Assembly: GCA_963843495.1 (NCBI GenBank)
Contig: CAWJJX010000003.1
Coordinates: 430,665 to 494,664, forward strand
Reading direction: 5' to 3'
Origin: an uncultured Solirubrobacterales bacterium
GTDB taxonomy: Bacteria; Actinomycetota; Thermoleophilia; Solirubrobacterales; 70-9
Length of the DNA: 64,000 nucleotides
Part shown: positions 22,112 through 30,360 of the stretch, piece after piece
Layout of the letters: each line of letters starts with the position of its first letter
How positions within the stretch are numbered: position 1 is the stretch's first letter
The notes under the pieces: generated by a model
What the model saw: only the letters and a program-made list of their open reading frames with translations
Told to the model about the DNA's origin: nothing
The model's database searches: none
Translations under genes and position numbers: made by a program

Positions 22112-22161
22112 CGAGCGCCTTCAGCGAGTCTGCGACCACAGCATTCGGTCGCTAATAGAGG

Positions 22162-22207
<46 letters not shown>

Positions 22208-22293
22208 TGAGCCTGGAGATCGGCTGGGCTACGTAGAGCGCGGTCTAGAGCGGTTTCAGCGAGTCGAGCTACGTGTAGATCGGCTGGAATCTG

Positions 22294-22322
22294 TGGGGCA
22301 TGTTGCCCCATTTGTTGCCCCA
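22294..22322. repeat. TGGGGCA/TGTTGCCCCA hairpin plus tandem TGTTGCCCCA-tt-TGTTGCCCCA decamers (candidate recombinase arm-type sites)
   Basis: Exact decamers at 22301-22310 and 22313-22322, preceded by the inverted heptamer TGGGGCA. They lie 87 bp inside the island from the att repeat. Confidence 0.55.
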
Positions 22323-22536
22323 GCGGACGACCGGCGCAGCCTCGTTGACCCGCGGTCACAATGGCAAACATGAAGAAGGCTGTTGTCTGCACTCACCTGC
22401 GCCGCCGAACCAACCGAGCGACGGCGATGCGGTCTTTGCTGCGACAGGCCCGCCCCCCATGGAGGCAATGCCGCCGAGCGAGTGAAGCAGGTGCGGCCTT
22501 GCAAGTGCGCCGCTGATTTCACGTGCTAGGGAAGAG

Positions 22537-22920
22537 CTATACCGATGAAGCCGCCACGACCGAGACATTGTCGTGAGCAATCGCCCCGCCCTTCTGTGCA
22601 CGCGCCGTCACCAGCGCCGGCTTGCGGCTTGCAGGCGCTACGTCGAGCACGAACTCGATCCCCAGGCGCCGAACCGCATTGATGATCGTGTCGATCTCCG
22701 GGTTGTGCTCCCCGGACTCGAGCTTGACAACGCGCGGCTGCGAGACACCCAGCTTCTTCGCCAGCGCCCTTTGGCCCAGTTTGTGCTCAGCGCGATATCG
22801 CAGCAGCGTTGCCGCAAACTCCCGCGCAGGAGTAAGTCTCTGCCACTCCGCCCGAAAGCTCGGACCGACAAGCTGCTCCTCGGCCAAGAGTGCATCGAAA
22901 GTTTTGTCGGAAGCTGGCAT
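22537..22920 (-). CDS. XRE-family helix-turn-helix transcriptional regulator / antitoxin-like protein
   Basis: HTH segment LRYRAEHKLGQRALAKKLGVSQPRVVKLESGEHNPEIDTI. Lies 78 bp downstream of hsdM. Confidence 0.75.
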   Translation of the reverse strand: MPASDKTFDALLAEEQLVGPSFRAEWQRLTPAREFAATLLRYRAEHKLGQRALAKKLGVSQPRVVKLESGEHNPEIDTIINAVRRLGIEFVLDVAPASRKPALVTARAQKGGAIAHDNVSVVAASSV

Positions 22921-22998
22921 CGGCGGCTCTGATAATAGTTCTATTATCGCACGTCAATCGCAGCGTCACAGCGCTTGCTGCTACGAGGAACCAAAAAG

Positions 22999-24432
22999 CT
23001 AATTGGAAGTGGCACGGGTCAGGTGCTCCAATGCCTGCTGCAAATCCGCCGCGACCTGGGAGGTCAGTTCATCAATGCGCGCCAACCCCGGGGCCGTCGA
23101 TTCTTCTGCATCAACCTCCCATGAGAGGTCTAGTCGAGCATCATCGGATGCCAACAAATCGGCATGTGAAAACCGGCGCCAGCGCGGTGTCTCAGCTGAG
23201 TCTGTGCGACCGGACTCGCCGTACCGCGCCACGAAGTCAAGAAGATCGTCACGGCGCAGTGGACGCTTCTTCAGCGAAAAGCGATTCCCCGAACGTAGGT
23301 CGTAGACCCAAAGTGACCCCTCAGCTACGGGGTTACGATCGAAGAAAAGAACATTCGCGCTGACGCCGGTTGCATAGAACAAGCCCGCTGGCAATCGGAG
23401 CAGCGTGTGCACGTCGCACCCTCCAAGGAGTCGCCGTCGAATCGCCGCCGCGGCCCCGCTCTCGTAGAGAACATTGTCAGGCAGAACGACCGCCGCCCGC
23501 CCGCCCCCCTTTAGGCAAGCGACGATGTGCTGGAGGAAATTGAGCTGCTTATTTGCCGTCTCAACCCAGAAGTCGGAGCGAACGACTCTAAGTTCGTCTG
23601 CCGTGCCGGATCCGTTGGCAGTGGCGTATTTCACGCTTCCTTTGATGCCGAATGGAGGATTCGTCAGCACCAGGTCGACTGTTTCGATCGGCGGAACCGA
23701 CAAGCTGTCGGCACAGGCAATTGGCAACTCGGCATCGTTATCGCCGGAGACCCCATGGAGGAACAGGTTCATCGCCGCGAGACGAGCCACCTCCTGTACG
23801 AGCTCTACGCCGCGAATGGCCCTCGTCCGAAGGTGCTTGCGCTTCGCGGTCGACAGCCTTGGGTTATGGCGGACGATGTGCTGGTGGGCGGCAAGTAGGA
23901 AACCGCCAGTCCCACAGGCTGGGTCGAGGATCACCTCTCCGGGCGCCGGAGCTAGGCACTCGACGAGGGCGTCGGTGAGCGGCCGGGGCGTGAAGTACTG
24001 GCCCGCGCCGCTCTTCGTGTCACGAGCATTCTTCTCAAGCAGCCCCTCGTAAGCGTCTCCCTTGACATCGTCGGAGAGCTCGGCCCACGTCGTCTGGCCA
24101 ATTAGATCCGCTACGAGCAGACGAAGCTTTGCGGGGTCCGCGATCTTGTTCCGGGCGTCACCGAAGATGAGACCTAGCGTTCCCCCTTCGCGACCAAGAC
24201 CCGCGAGCACTTCCCCATACGCCTGATGCATTGCCTCCGCGTCAAGCGATGCAAAGGATCTCCAGGAGAGACGCACGGGAACGACTCCATCGCCCCGCTC
24301 GTCGGCCATCTTGAGGAAAAGAAGATAAGTGAGCTGCTCGACATAATCCGGATAGGAGAGTCCGTCATCGCGCAAGACATTGCAGTACTGCCATAGCCTG
24401 CGAACCAGCTCCTGCGCACCAGGAGCACTCAT
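22999..24432 (-). CDS. hsdM: type I restriction-modification N6-adenine DNA methyltransferase subunit HsdM
   Basis: HsdM N-terminal region (LWQYCNVLRDDG..YVEQLTYLLFLKM), SAM motif ILDPACGTGGFLL and catalytic LTNPPFG. ATG 24432 overlaps the stop of the upstream HNH gene (ATGA). Confidence 0.9.
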   Translation of the reverse strand: MSAPGAQELVRRLWQYCNVLRDDGLSYPDYVEQLTYLLFLKMADERGDGVVPVRLSWRSFASLDAEAMHQAYGEVLAGLGREGGTLGLIFGDARNKIADPAKLRLLVADLIGQTTWAELSDDVKGDAYEGLLEKNARDTKSGAGQYFTPRPLTDALVECLAPAPGEVILDPACGTGGFLLAAHQHIVRHNPRLSTAKRKHLRTRAIRGVELVQEVARLAAMNLFLHGVSGDNDAELPIACADSLSVPPIETVDLVLTNPPFGIKGSVKYATANGSGTADELRVVRSDFWVETANKQLNFLQHIVACLKGGGRAAVVLPDNVLYESGAAAAIRRRLLGGCDVHTLLRLPAGLFYATGVSANVLFFDRNPVAEGSLWVYDLRSGNRFSLKKRPLRRDDLLDFVARYGESGRTDSAETPRWRRFSHADLLASDDARLDLSWEVDAEESTAPGLARIDELTSQVAADLQQALEHLTRATSN

Positions 24433-25289
24433 GCGATGGGGGGAATATTGGGAAGCACTGCACGCTCGATCCACTTACGATCTCTAAAACGCCGGATGTA
24501 AGCGATTGCCGCGCGCGAGTACTCTCGCTTTTCGCCGGTCATTCGGATCAGATCCCTGATCACGGCCTTAAGCGTCTCGGTGGCGCTCGCCTCGCCTCGC
24601 AGTCGGCCAGCCTCGGCGCGGTCACCAACGGCAACGCGCCGCAGGACCTCTGCATACATGTCTCGCCGGTCCTCCACAAATGCCGGCCAGTCAAGATGGA
24701 GCAGCTCCCGGCTCGCCTCGACCCTCCGAACCACCGTTTCGGATTCCCTGTGAGCAGGGGCCACGGCCACCCGGCCGTCGATATCAAAAGTCAGGAGCGG
24801 TGGGTCCTCGGGGTCAATCGGGTCAAGCAGCTCAGGCTCCTCATGGCACAGTTCTTTCGGAGAGCACCATCGCCGATCCTCATCGAGTAGCGGGAAATGG
24901 TCGCCCTTCCCAAGCACCGTGTCTTCGTCCGGGTTACGGCGCCGCCTATTTGCCCGATGGCAACTGAGGCGCAAGTTGCGCCAGTCGAATGCCAGCCACC
25001 AATAGCCGTCATGCTCTGGGCACTCCGCAACCTTGCCCTTCGGCCGGTAGTGGTCGACGTCATCGTCGGAGCCTGGATTTCGGGACTCCGTGTACCAGCA
25101 CTTACGGCCGTAAGTCCCCTCAAAGACCGAGCGAAACTCGGCATACGCTTTTCGCTTCGCCTTAATGAGTTGGCGCCGTTTCTCATCGTCCAACTCGGAC
25201 AGCATCGCCTGCCGCATCACTTCCGCGGCGTCGATCAGCTTTTGCGCCTCGACGTCGCCGAGGAGCAAGTCCAAGTCGATGTACCTCAC
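24429..25289 (-). CDS. HNH-family nuclease-like protein (Septu PtuB / TIGR02646-like)
   Basis: DVDHYRPKG .. WRNLRLSCHRANRRRRN HNH core. The N-terminal Cys pair is degenerate (KCWYTES). ATGA overlaps at both ends. Confidence 0.7.
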   Translation of the reverse strand: MRYIDLDLLLGDVEAQKLIDAAEVMRQAMLSELDDEKRRQLIKAKRKAYAEFRSVFEGTYGRKCWYTESRNPGSDDDVDHYRPKGKVAECPEHDGYWWLAFDWRNLRLSCHRANRRRRNPDEDTVLGKGDHFPLLDEDRRWCSPKELCHEEPELLDPIDPEDPPLLTFDIDGRVAVAPAHRESETVVRRVEASRELLHLDWPAFVEDRRDMYAEVLRRVAVGDRAEAGRLRGEASATETLKAVIRDLIRMTGEKREYSRAAIAYIRRFRDRKWIERAVLPNIPPIA

Positions 25290-26929
25290 GGAGTCAGCGG
25301 ATGGTCGGCGAGTTCCTGAGCAATTTCCTCGGCCACCTCATCCGCGAGCTCCTCGCGACGCCGAGATTCCTCAACGCTTACTTGGCCGGCCACGGTCGTA
25401 GGTTCGCCTCCCGCCGTGGTAAAGCGGGGCATGAACTGGTCCAGGAACAGCTGGTAGAGCGGGTCGCGATCCTGCTTCCAAAATGAGTGTGCGTTCAGCT
25501 GGTCGCCCAGCTCCCGCAGCTCCCGCTCCTCTGCTTTCGTCAGCGTATCCTTCATCGCAAGCTCCCGCTGCCGCTCCACTTCCTGCAACGTCTTCCGATC
25601 GAGACCACCTGACGGCAGGCGAAAGAGATCGCTCGCGAGGATAGCTTGGATCCCCATGCCTTGGGGATCGTTCAGGGGCCCGTCCACTTCAGCCGTACCG
25701 TTTTCGGCGCGCCTAAAGATCCTCACCTGAGGACGCGTGAGCCGGGCGAAGACGAGTGGGTCGTGAGTGGCCATCACGATGTGAGAACTCTTGGGGTCGA
25801 CAATAAAGCGATCAAGGAAATCCAGATAACGCGTACTCCAGCCAGGATTGAGGTGCGTGTCCGGCTCGTCGAGCAGGAACAAAGCCTCGGCACGAGCCGT
25901 GAACTTGAGTAGGCCTAGCACCAACAGAAGTTGCTGCTCTCCCTCCGAGAGATCGTGATAAGTGACCTCTCCACCGCCAGCCGCTGGCGTCATACGCACG
26001 CGAGTACGAACCTCTCCAAGCAGCTTCGAAAGATGGGTGCTCTCAAGCGCCGTAAAGAACGCGTACGGATCGTCGTAATGCTGGTAAACACTCTCAAGCG
26101 CGGCAGCGCTAGGAAGAAACAAGTAGACACTCTCGATGGAGGGGTTCTGTGGGCCCACTGCGATTCTCCGTGGCATACGCGACGGCAGCAGCGCAGCTTC
26201 GTAGACATGGTCTAGGAAGACCTGAACCTCGCCGACGGCATTCCAAAAACGAGGGTCACCTCCTTTTCTCTTTCTGCCACCCCAATCTGGTTTCTTTAGG
26301 GCAAAGAGAACACTGTCAAGACCTTCAATTTGAAGTTGCTCGCGCAAGAATGCTCGACCGCCGCCGTCGTCGCTCTCAGGCTCCATGAAGAAGGCGAGTA
26401 GCGCGAATTGCCCGTGCAGGGTTTCCGCATAGAAAAGACGACGGAGAATGTTCGGGTCAATCGCGCTTTGCCGCTGGTTTCGAGCTTTGATGATGAAGTC
26501 GTAGAAGCGTTCGCGATGGGGCTGATAGAGCGCAGCGAGTCGATCGGTGGGGCCGGAGTAGTAGCCGAATACAAACGCAGGCCGGTAGAGGGGGCCCCGC
26601 TCGTCCTGCTGCTCGAACTCCTTACGGGACAGCCGACGGTAGCTCTTCTCGCCTGGCGCTTGCGCCAGCACCACCGGCCACGACTCAGAGGCAGCCTCGA
26701 TCTTGACCTTGTAATCGCGACAGTGGTAGTGCAGGCGGTAGTCGAAGGGCGCAGGTCGACCAAGGTCGAGCTGGCGGAAGATCAGCGTGAGTGCCTCCAA
26801 GAGGTTCGACTTACCGGCGCCGTTCTCCCCGACCAAGACCGTGTATGGGGACTCTTCATCGAAGACGATCTGAAGATCCTGAAGATTCTTGAAGTTGCGT
26901 ATATAGACCTCGTTAAGGCGCATCGGCAA
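25286..26929 (-). CDS. ABC/SMC-like AAA ATPase (Septu PtuA-like, restriction-system-associated)
   Basis: Walker A VGENGAGKSN, signature-like LSEGEQQ, Walker B ALFLLDEPDTHL and H-loop MATHDP. The start overlaps the hsdS 3' end. Confidence 0.8.
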   Translation of the reverse strand: MPMRLNEVYIRNFKNLQDLQIVFDEESPYTVLVGENGAGKSNLLEALTLIFRQLDLGRPAPFDYRLHYHCRDYKVKIEAASESWPVVLAQAPGEKSYRRLSRKEFEQQDERGPLYRPAFVFGYYSGPTDRLAALYQPHRERFYDFIIKARNQRQSAIDPNILRRLFYAETLHGQFALLAFFMEPESDDGGGRAFLREQLQIEGLDSVLFALKKPDWGGRKRKGGDPRFWNAVGEVQVFLDHVYEAALLPSRMPRRIAVGPQNPSIESVYLFLPSAAALESVYQHYDDPYAFFTALESTHLSKLLGEVRTRVRMTPAAGGGEVTYHDLSEGEQQLLLVLGLLKFTARAEALFLLDEPDTHLNPGWSTRYLDFLDRFIVDPKSSHIVMATHDPLVFARLTRPQVRIFRRAENGTAEVDGPLNDPQGMGIQAILASDLFRLPSGGLDRKTLQEVERQRELAMKDTLTKAEERELRELGDQLNAHSFWKQDRDPLYQLFLDQFMPRFTTAGGEPTTVAGQVSVEESRRREELADEVAEEIAQELADHPLTP

Positions 26930-28553
26930 CCGCCCTCAGCGTCTGGTTCTCGGCGGGATCCCCAGTCGCTTCGACCGACGTGCCGATCTCCTCACGAAGA
27001 GCGAGATAGAAGCGCTCGATCTCCCCGATCTCATTCAGATCAAATCCGGCCGCCCTGCAGAGTTCCGGAATCGTCATCGGTCCTGAACTCCTCAACGTCG
27101 CGGCAAGCCGCAGCTCGTCCGTATCAGGTCCAGCAGCCTGTCTCTTGGCCACGCCTCTCCTTTCCACAGCCTCCTCACTGATCTCGATCTTGTCCGATGG
27201 CGGCTTACCGCTGCGGACGAGCAGACTGTCAGCAGGCTCGTCGCTCGCCTCCTGCGGAACAAGGCCGCCCGACACCGCCCCGGAGAGGATCTCTTTTTCA
27301 ACCGCGTTGATCCGCTCGAGCGAAAGGGCAATCGTCTCCCGACGCTCGCGAGACTGATCCAGAAGCTGTCTCGCCCTACGGACTATCGAGCGCTGCTCAT
27401 CGATAGGTGGCAAGGGAAACGGCATCGCGGCGAAACGGGTGCGAGACAAATGCGCGATGTTCGTCGACCCGCGTGCAAAGCGCCTGAACTCACCGCTATG
27501 CAGGTAATGTCGAAAGACGATGAGCGCAAACTCTGGCTCCACGTCCGAACTGGCTCGGAAGCGCAGCAGAGTGTTCTGGAAGCAGGCACCCGGTGGCTCT
27601 CCTCGATAGACGGCCGGCCGGCCGACAAGCTCGAGACTCTGGCCCTCGTTCAGCAGGACATCTCCGTCTTCAAGGACATACCTCTCGAACTCCTCCGGCG
27701 TGAAGTTCATCTCCTTGACATCGCCCAGATCGATCCGATCCTCGAAAACGTTCGCCACGCGCAGGTAGGGATGCATGTTGGGCCCACTGTGACTCGCAGG
27801 CGCCCGCTGCTTTCCCAGGCGGATTTCCGCAACTTCATCGACACGTTGCAGCTTCCACCCAGCGGGGACAGGATTAACTCGGGCATTGCTAGTCCGTTCC
27901 AGCCCTGATCCGCGCGCAGAAGACGCTTTATCTAGCAGTCCACCAGTAGCGGCCGCCAGTACCTCCGACTCTTGCTCATTGGTTCGTGCGAGTGCCCTCT
28001 CCAGCGAAGCGGCGGCAGCATGTAGCTCAGTGATACGCCGACTCGCCTCAACGACTATCCGATTTTGCTCTGCGAGCGGCGGCAAAGGGAAGGGAAGTCG
28101 TGCGAAACGCGTCGCCCCAAGGTGCTGGATTCCAATGCCCCGCGCCGCACCCGCGAATACACCCGATGCCATGTAGTGCCGGAAGACGAGAAAGGCATAC
28201 TCCGGAACCACAACATGCGGCCGAAAGCGAATAACGGTGTTCTGGAAGCAACAAAGCGGCATCTCGTTGCGCCAGATCGCCGGCCTCCCCACTTGGTCTT
28301 CGCTGCCTGAGGCCTCGGTCAACACGACGTCGCCATCCGCAAGCGCGTACACCGACCGCTCCGCAGGCGTGAAGTCCATTTCCTGGATGTCCTCCAGATC
28401 GATGCCGACTGACGTGATGTTGGCTGCCCGCACATACGGCGTCGGGAACGGCCCCGTCTGTCGTCGAGGCGAGCGTTGACGTCCGACCCGCACGCGCCCG
28501 ACCTGGGCAACCGTCGTTTCGACCCAGCTTGCCGGAAGATCAGAGCTACCCAT
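26913..28553 (-). CDS. hsdS: type I restriction-modification specificity subunit HsdS with about 100-aa C-terminal extension
   Basis: Two target-recognition domains, each followed by a conserved helix (FPLPPLAEQNRIV.. and FPLPPIDEQRSIV..). The usual end GGLVPQEASDEPADSLL is followed by an extra 99 residues. Confidence 0.85.
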   Translation of the reverse strand: MGSSDLPASWVETTVAQVGRVRVGRQRSPRRQTGPFPTPYVRAANITSVGIDLEDIQEMDFTPAERSVYALADGDVVLTEASGSEDQVGRPAIWRNEMPLCCFQNTVIRFRPHVVVPEYAFLVFRHYMASGVFAGAARGIGIQHLGATRFARLPFPLPPLAEQNRIVVEASRRITELHAAAASLERALARTNEQESEVLAAATGGLLDKASSARGSGLERTSNARVNPVPAGWKLQRVDEVAEIRLGKQRAPASHSGPNMHPYLRVANVFEDRIDLGDVKEMNFTPEEFERYVLEDGDVLLNEGQSLELVGRPAVYRGEPPGACFQNTLLRFRASSDVEPEFALIVFRHYLHSGEFRRFARGSTNIAHLSRTRFAAMPFPLPPIDEQRSIVRRARQLLDQSRERRETIALSLERINAVEKEILSGAVSGGLVPQEASDEPADSLLVRSGKPPSDKIEISEEAVERRGVAKRQAAGPDTDELRLAATLRSSGPMTIPELCRAAGFDLNEIGEIERFYLALREEIGTSVEATGDPAENQTLRAVADAP

Positions 28554-28755
28554 CTCTGGGATACAAGCAATTCGGCCCGGGTCTTCGCCCCCTTACGCTT
28601 CCGATACCTAAGCCTATGCCGCTAATAACGAGGATTAGCCGACGACCCAAGAAGGCGGCCGAGCCGCAGTCTTCAAGCTGAAGGCCAATCAAAGAGGTCT
28701 TGCTCGCTCGCTGGCGCTCCCCGGACGCGACCCAATCGACCTCTCTCGAAGCTCA

Positions 28756-28775
28756 TGTTGCCCCAGGCTGCCCCA
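28756..28775. repeat. TGTTGCCCCA-ggc-TGCCCCA motif (candidate arm-type site at the tRNA-proximal island end)
   Basis: Exact decamer at 28756-28765 plus heptamer at 28769-28775, about 70 bp inside the island from the tRNA 3' end. Confidence 0.5.
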
Positions 28776-28815
28776 TGGGCGATTTTGAACCCCTTGTCTG
28801 CGCCTCCAGAAAGAC

Positions 28816-28841
28816 AAAAACCCCGCATTTGCGGGGTTTTT
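28816..28841 (-). terminator. intrinsic (bidirectional) terminator hairpin immediately downstream of tRNA-fMet
   Basis: AAAAA-CCCCGCA-tt-TGCGGGG-TTTTT: a perfect 7-bp GC stem flanked by A5/T5 tracts. Confidence 0.8.
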
Positions 28842-28847
28842 GTGAAA

Positions 28848-28921
<74 letters not shown>

Positions 28922-29022
28922 GCGGTCTGGTCATGCTAGCAATGCGGCCAGGGGTTGGTGGGCGGGATCGGGGGTATGCGGATGCTCTTGCTTCGGCTGG
29001 CTGTCTAGAGTGGCGTGGGCGG

Positions 29023-29967
29023 ATGCAGGGAGATCTGAACCGGGTGGCGGTGATCGACGTCGGGTCGAACTCGACGCGGCTGCTGGTCGCAGATGTCAGC
29101 GGGGGCAGGGTGACCGAGGTGGAACGGCAGAGCCGGGTGACGCGGCTCGGGCGAGGGGTCGACCTCTCCGGGCAGCTTTCCGCCGAGGCGATCGAGGCGG
29201 CCTGCGAGGCGATCGCCGACTACATGGCGATCTGCCGGGAGGCCGGCGTCGAGACCGTCGACTCGATCGCCACCAGCGCGGTGCGGGACGCCTCCAACGG
29301 CGACGCCTTCGTCGCCGAGCTGCGCGAGCGCTTCGCGCTCTCGGCGCGCGTGCTCGATGGCGATGAGGAGGCCCGGCTCACCTACGTCGGTGCCACCTGC
29401 GAGCAGCTGCCCACGGAGCCAACCCTGGTCGTCGACATCGGCGGTGGCTCGACCGAGCTGATCGTCGCCAGCGGCCGTGAGATCGGCTTCCACGCCTCTC
29501 TGCAGGCGGGCGTCGTTCGCCACAGCGAGCGACACGTCGCCTCCGACCCGCCAGCCGCAACCGAGCTGGAGGCGCTCGCCGCCGACGTCCGCGCCCTGAT
29601 CGAAGGCGTTACCGCTGGGGAACCGGGCGCAAGCGCCGCCAGCGGAATCGCCGTCGCCGGCACTCCCACGTCGCTTGCCTCGATCGAGCTCGGCCTCGAG
29701 CCCTACGACCCCAAGCGCGTCCACGGGCACGTGCTCCGCCTCGAGTCGATCCAGCGCCTGCTTTCCCGCCTGGCCTCGGCACCGCTGGCCGAGCGGGCCG
29801 AGATCCCCGGCATGCACCCCGACCGCGCACCCACCATCGTCGCCGGCGTTGTCATCCTGGTTGAGACGATGCGTGCCTTCGGGCTGGAGCGGATCACCGT
29901 GTCCGAGCACGACATCCTTTACGGCACCGCCCTCGAAGCGGCAGCAACCGCGCTGGACTGCGGATAA
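29023..29967 (+). CDS. Ppx/GppA family exopolyphosphatase / guanosine pentaphosphate phosphohydrolase
   Basis: VAVIDVGSNSTRLLVA, TSAVRDASNG and VVDIGGGSTELIV actin-fold ATPase motifs. Start placed at MQGDLNR (ATG 29023). Confidence 0.85.
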   Translation: MQGDLNRVAVIDVGSNSTRLLVADVSGGRVTEVERQSRVTRLGRGVDLSGQLSAEAIEAACEAIADYMAICREAGVETVDSIATSAVRDASNGDAFVAELRERFALSARVLDGDEEARLTYVGATCEQLPTEPTLVVDIGGGSTELIVASGREIGFHASLQAGVVRHSERHVASDPPAATELEALAADVRALIEGVTAGEPGASAASGIAVAGTPTSLASIELGLEPYDPKRVHGHVLRLESIQRLLSRLASAPLAERAEIPGMHPDRAPTIVAGVVILVETMRAFGLERITVSEHDILYGTALEAAATALDCG

Positions 29968-30294
29968 ACCCGCACGCGTCATCCCGGGTGTATACGTGGA
30001 CCACCTGGACAGCGCAGTTCCGAAAGGCGCTCCAGATGGTCGAACATTGCGGTCGAACCCAGAAAAGTTGGTAGTCTCTGCCTACCTAATTACTGGTATC
30101 GGATAAACAGCCAACTAGACATATCGGATAGCCAGGCAGATAATCGATTCATCGGGGAGATGGTGGGGCACACCACCGCAAACCCGGTACAGGGCTCGGA
30201 CGATTGCCGCATCATGGCGCCTCCCGCCGTCTGGGTCCACCAAATAAGACTGGTCCCTGAAGACGTACCCCTGCCCGTCCTGAGGGACCAACTT

Positions 30295-30324
30295 GAATCG
30301 GCCGCCAGCGATGGCGGCCGATTC
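30295..30324. terminator. strong hairpin (12-bp perfect stem) in the ppx / TPP-enzyme convergent intergenic region
   Basis: GAATCGGCCGCC-agcgat-GGCGGCCGATTC, followed by TCGTCT on the plus strand. Confidence 0.55.
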
Positions 30325-30360
30325 TCGTCTGGGCCCTAAGCGGCTGGGGAGGCCCCGCCG

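Larger units (their letters stand above)
17346..22161. mobile_element. putative older integrase-less genomic island (M48-like peptidase + IetAS-like pair) between two tRNA-fMet-derived remnants
   Basis: Bounded by the degenerate tRNA 3'-half copy at 17346-17381 and the 46-bp copy at 22162-22207. The 18.7-22.1 kb part is visibly lower in GC than the backbone. Confidence 0.45.

Noticed and set aside
22356-22500. Possible tyrosine-recombinase remnant in the non-coding stretch at the left end of island A. A minus-frame peptide ..ARPHLLHSLGGIASMGG..SPSLGW.. vaguely recalls the HxLRH / LGH boxes.
   Set aside because: The resemblance covers only a few residues in an Arg/Ser-rich shadow-like frame. 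No catalytic Tyr region or N-terminal domain is present. It cannot be supported without a profile search.
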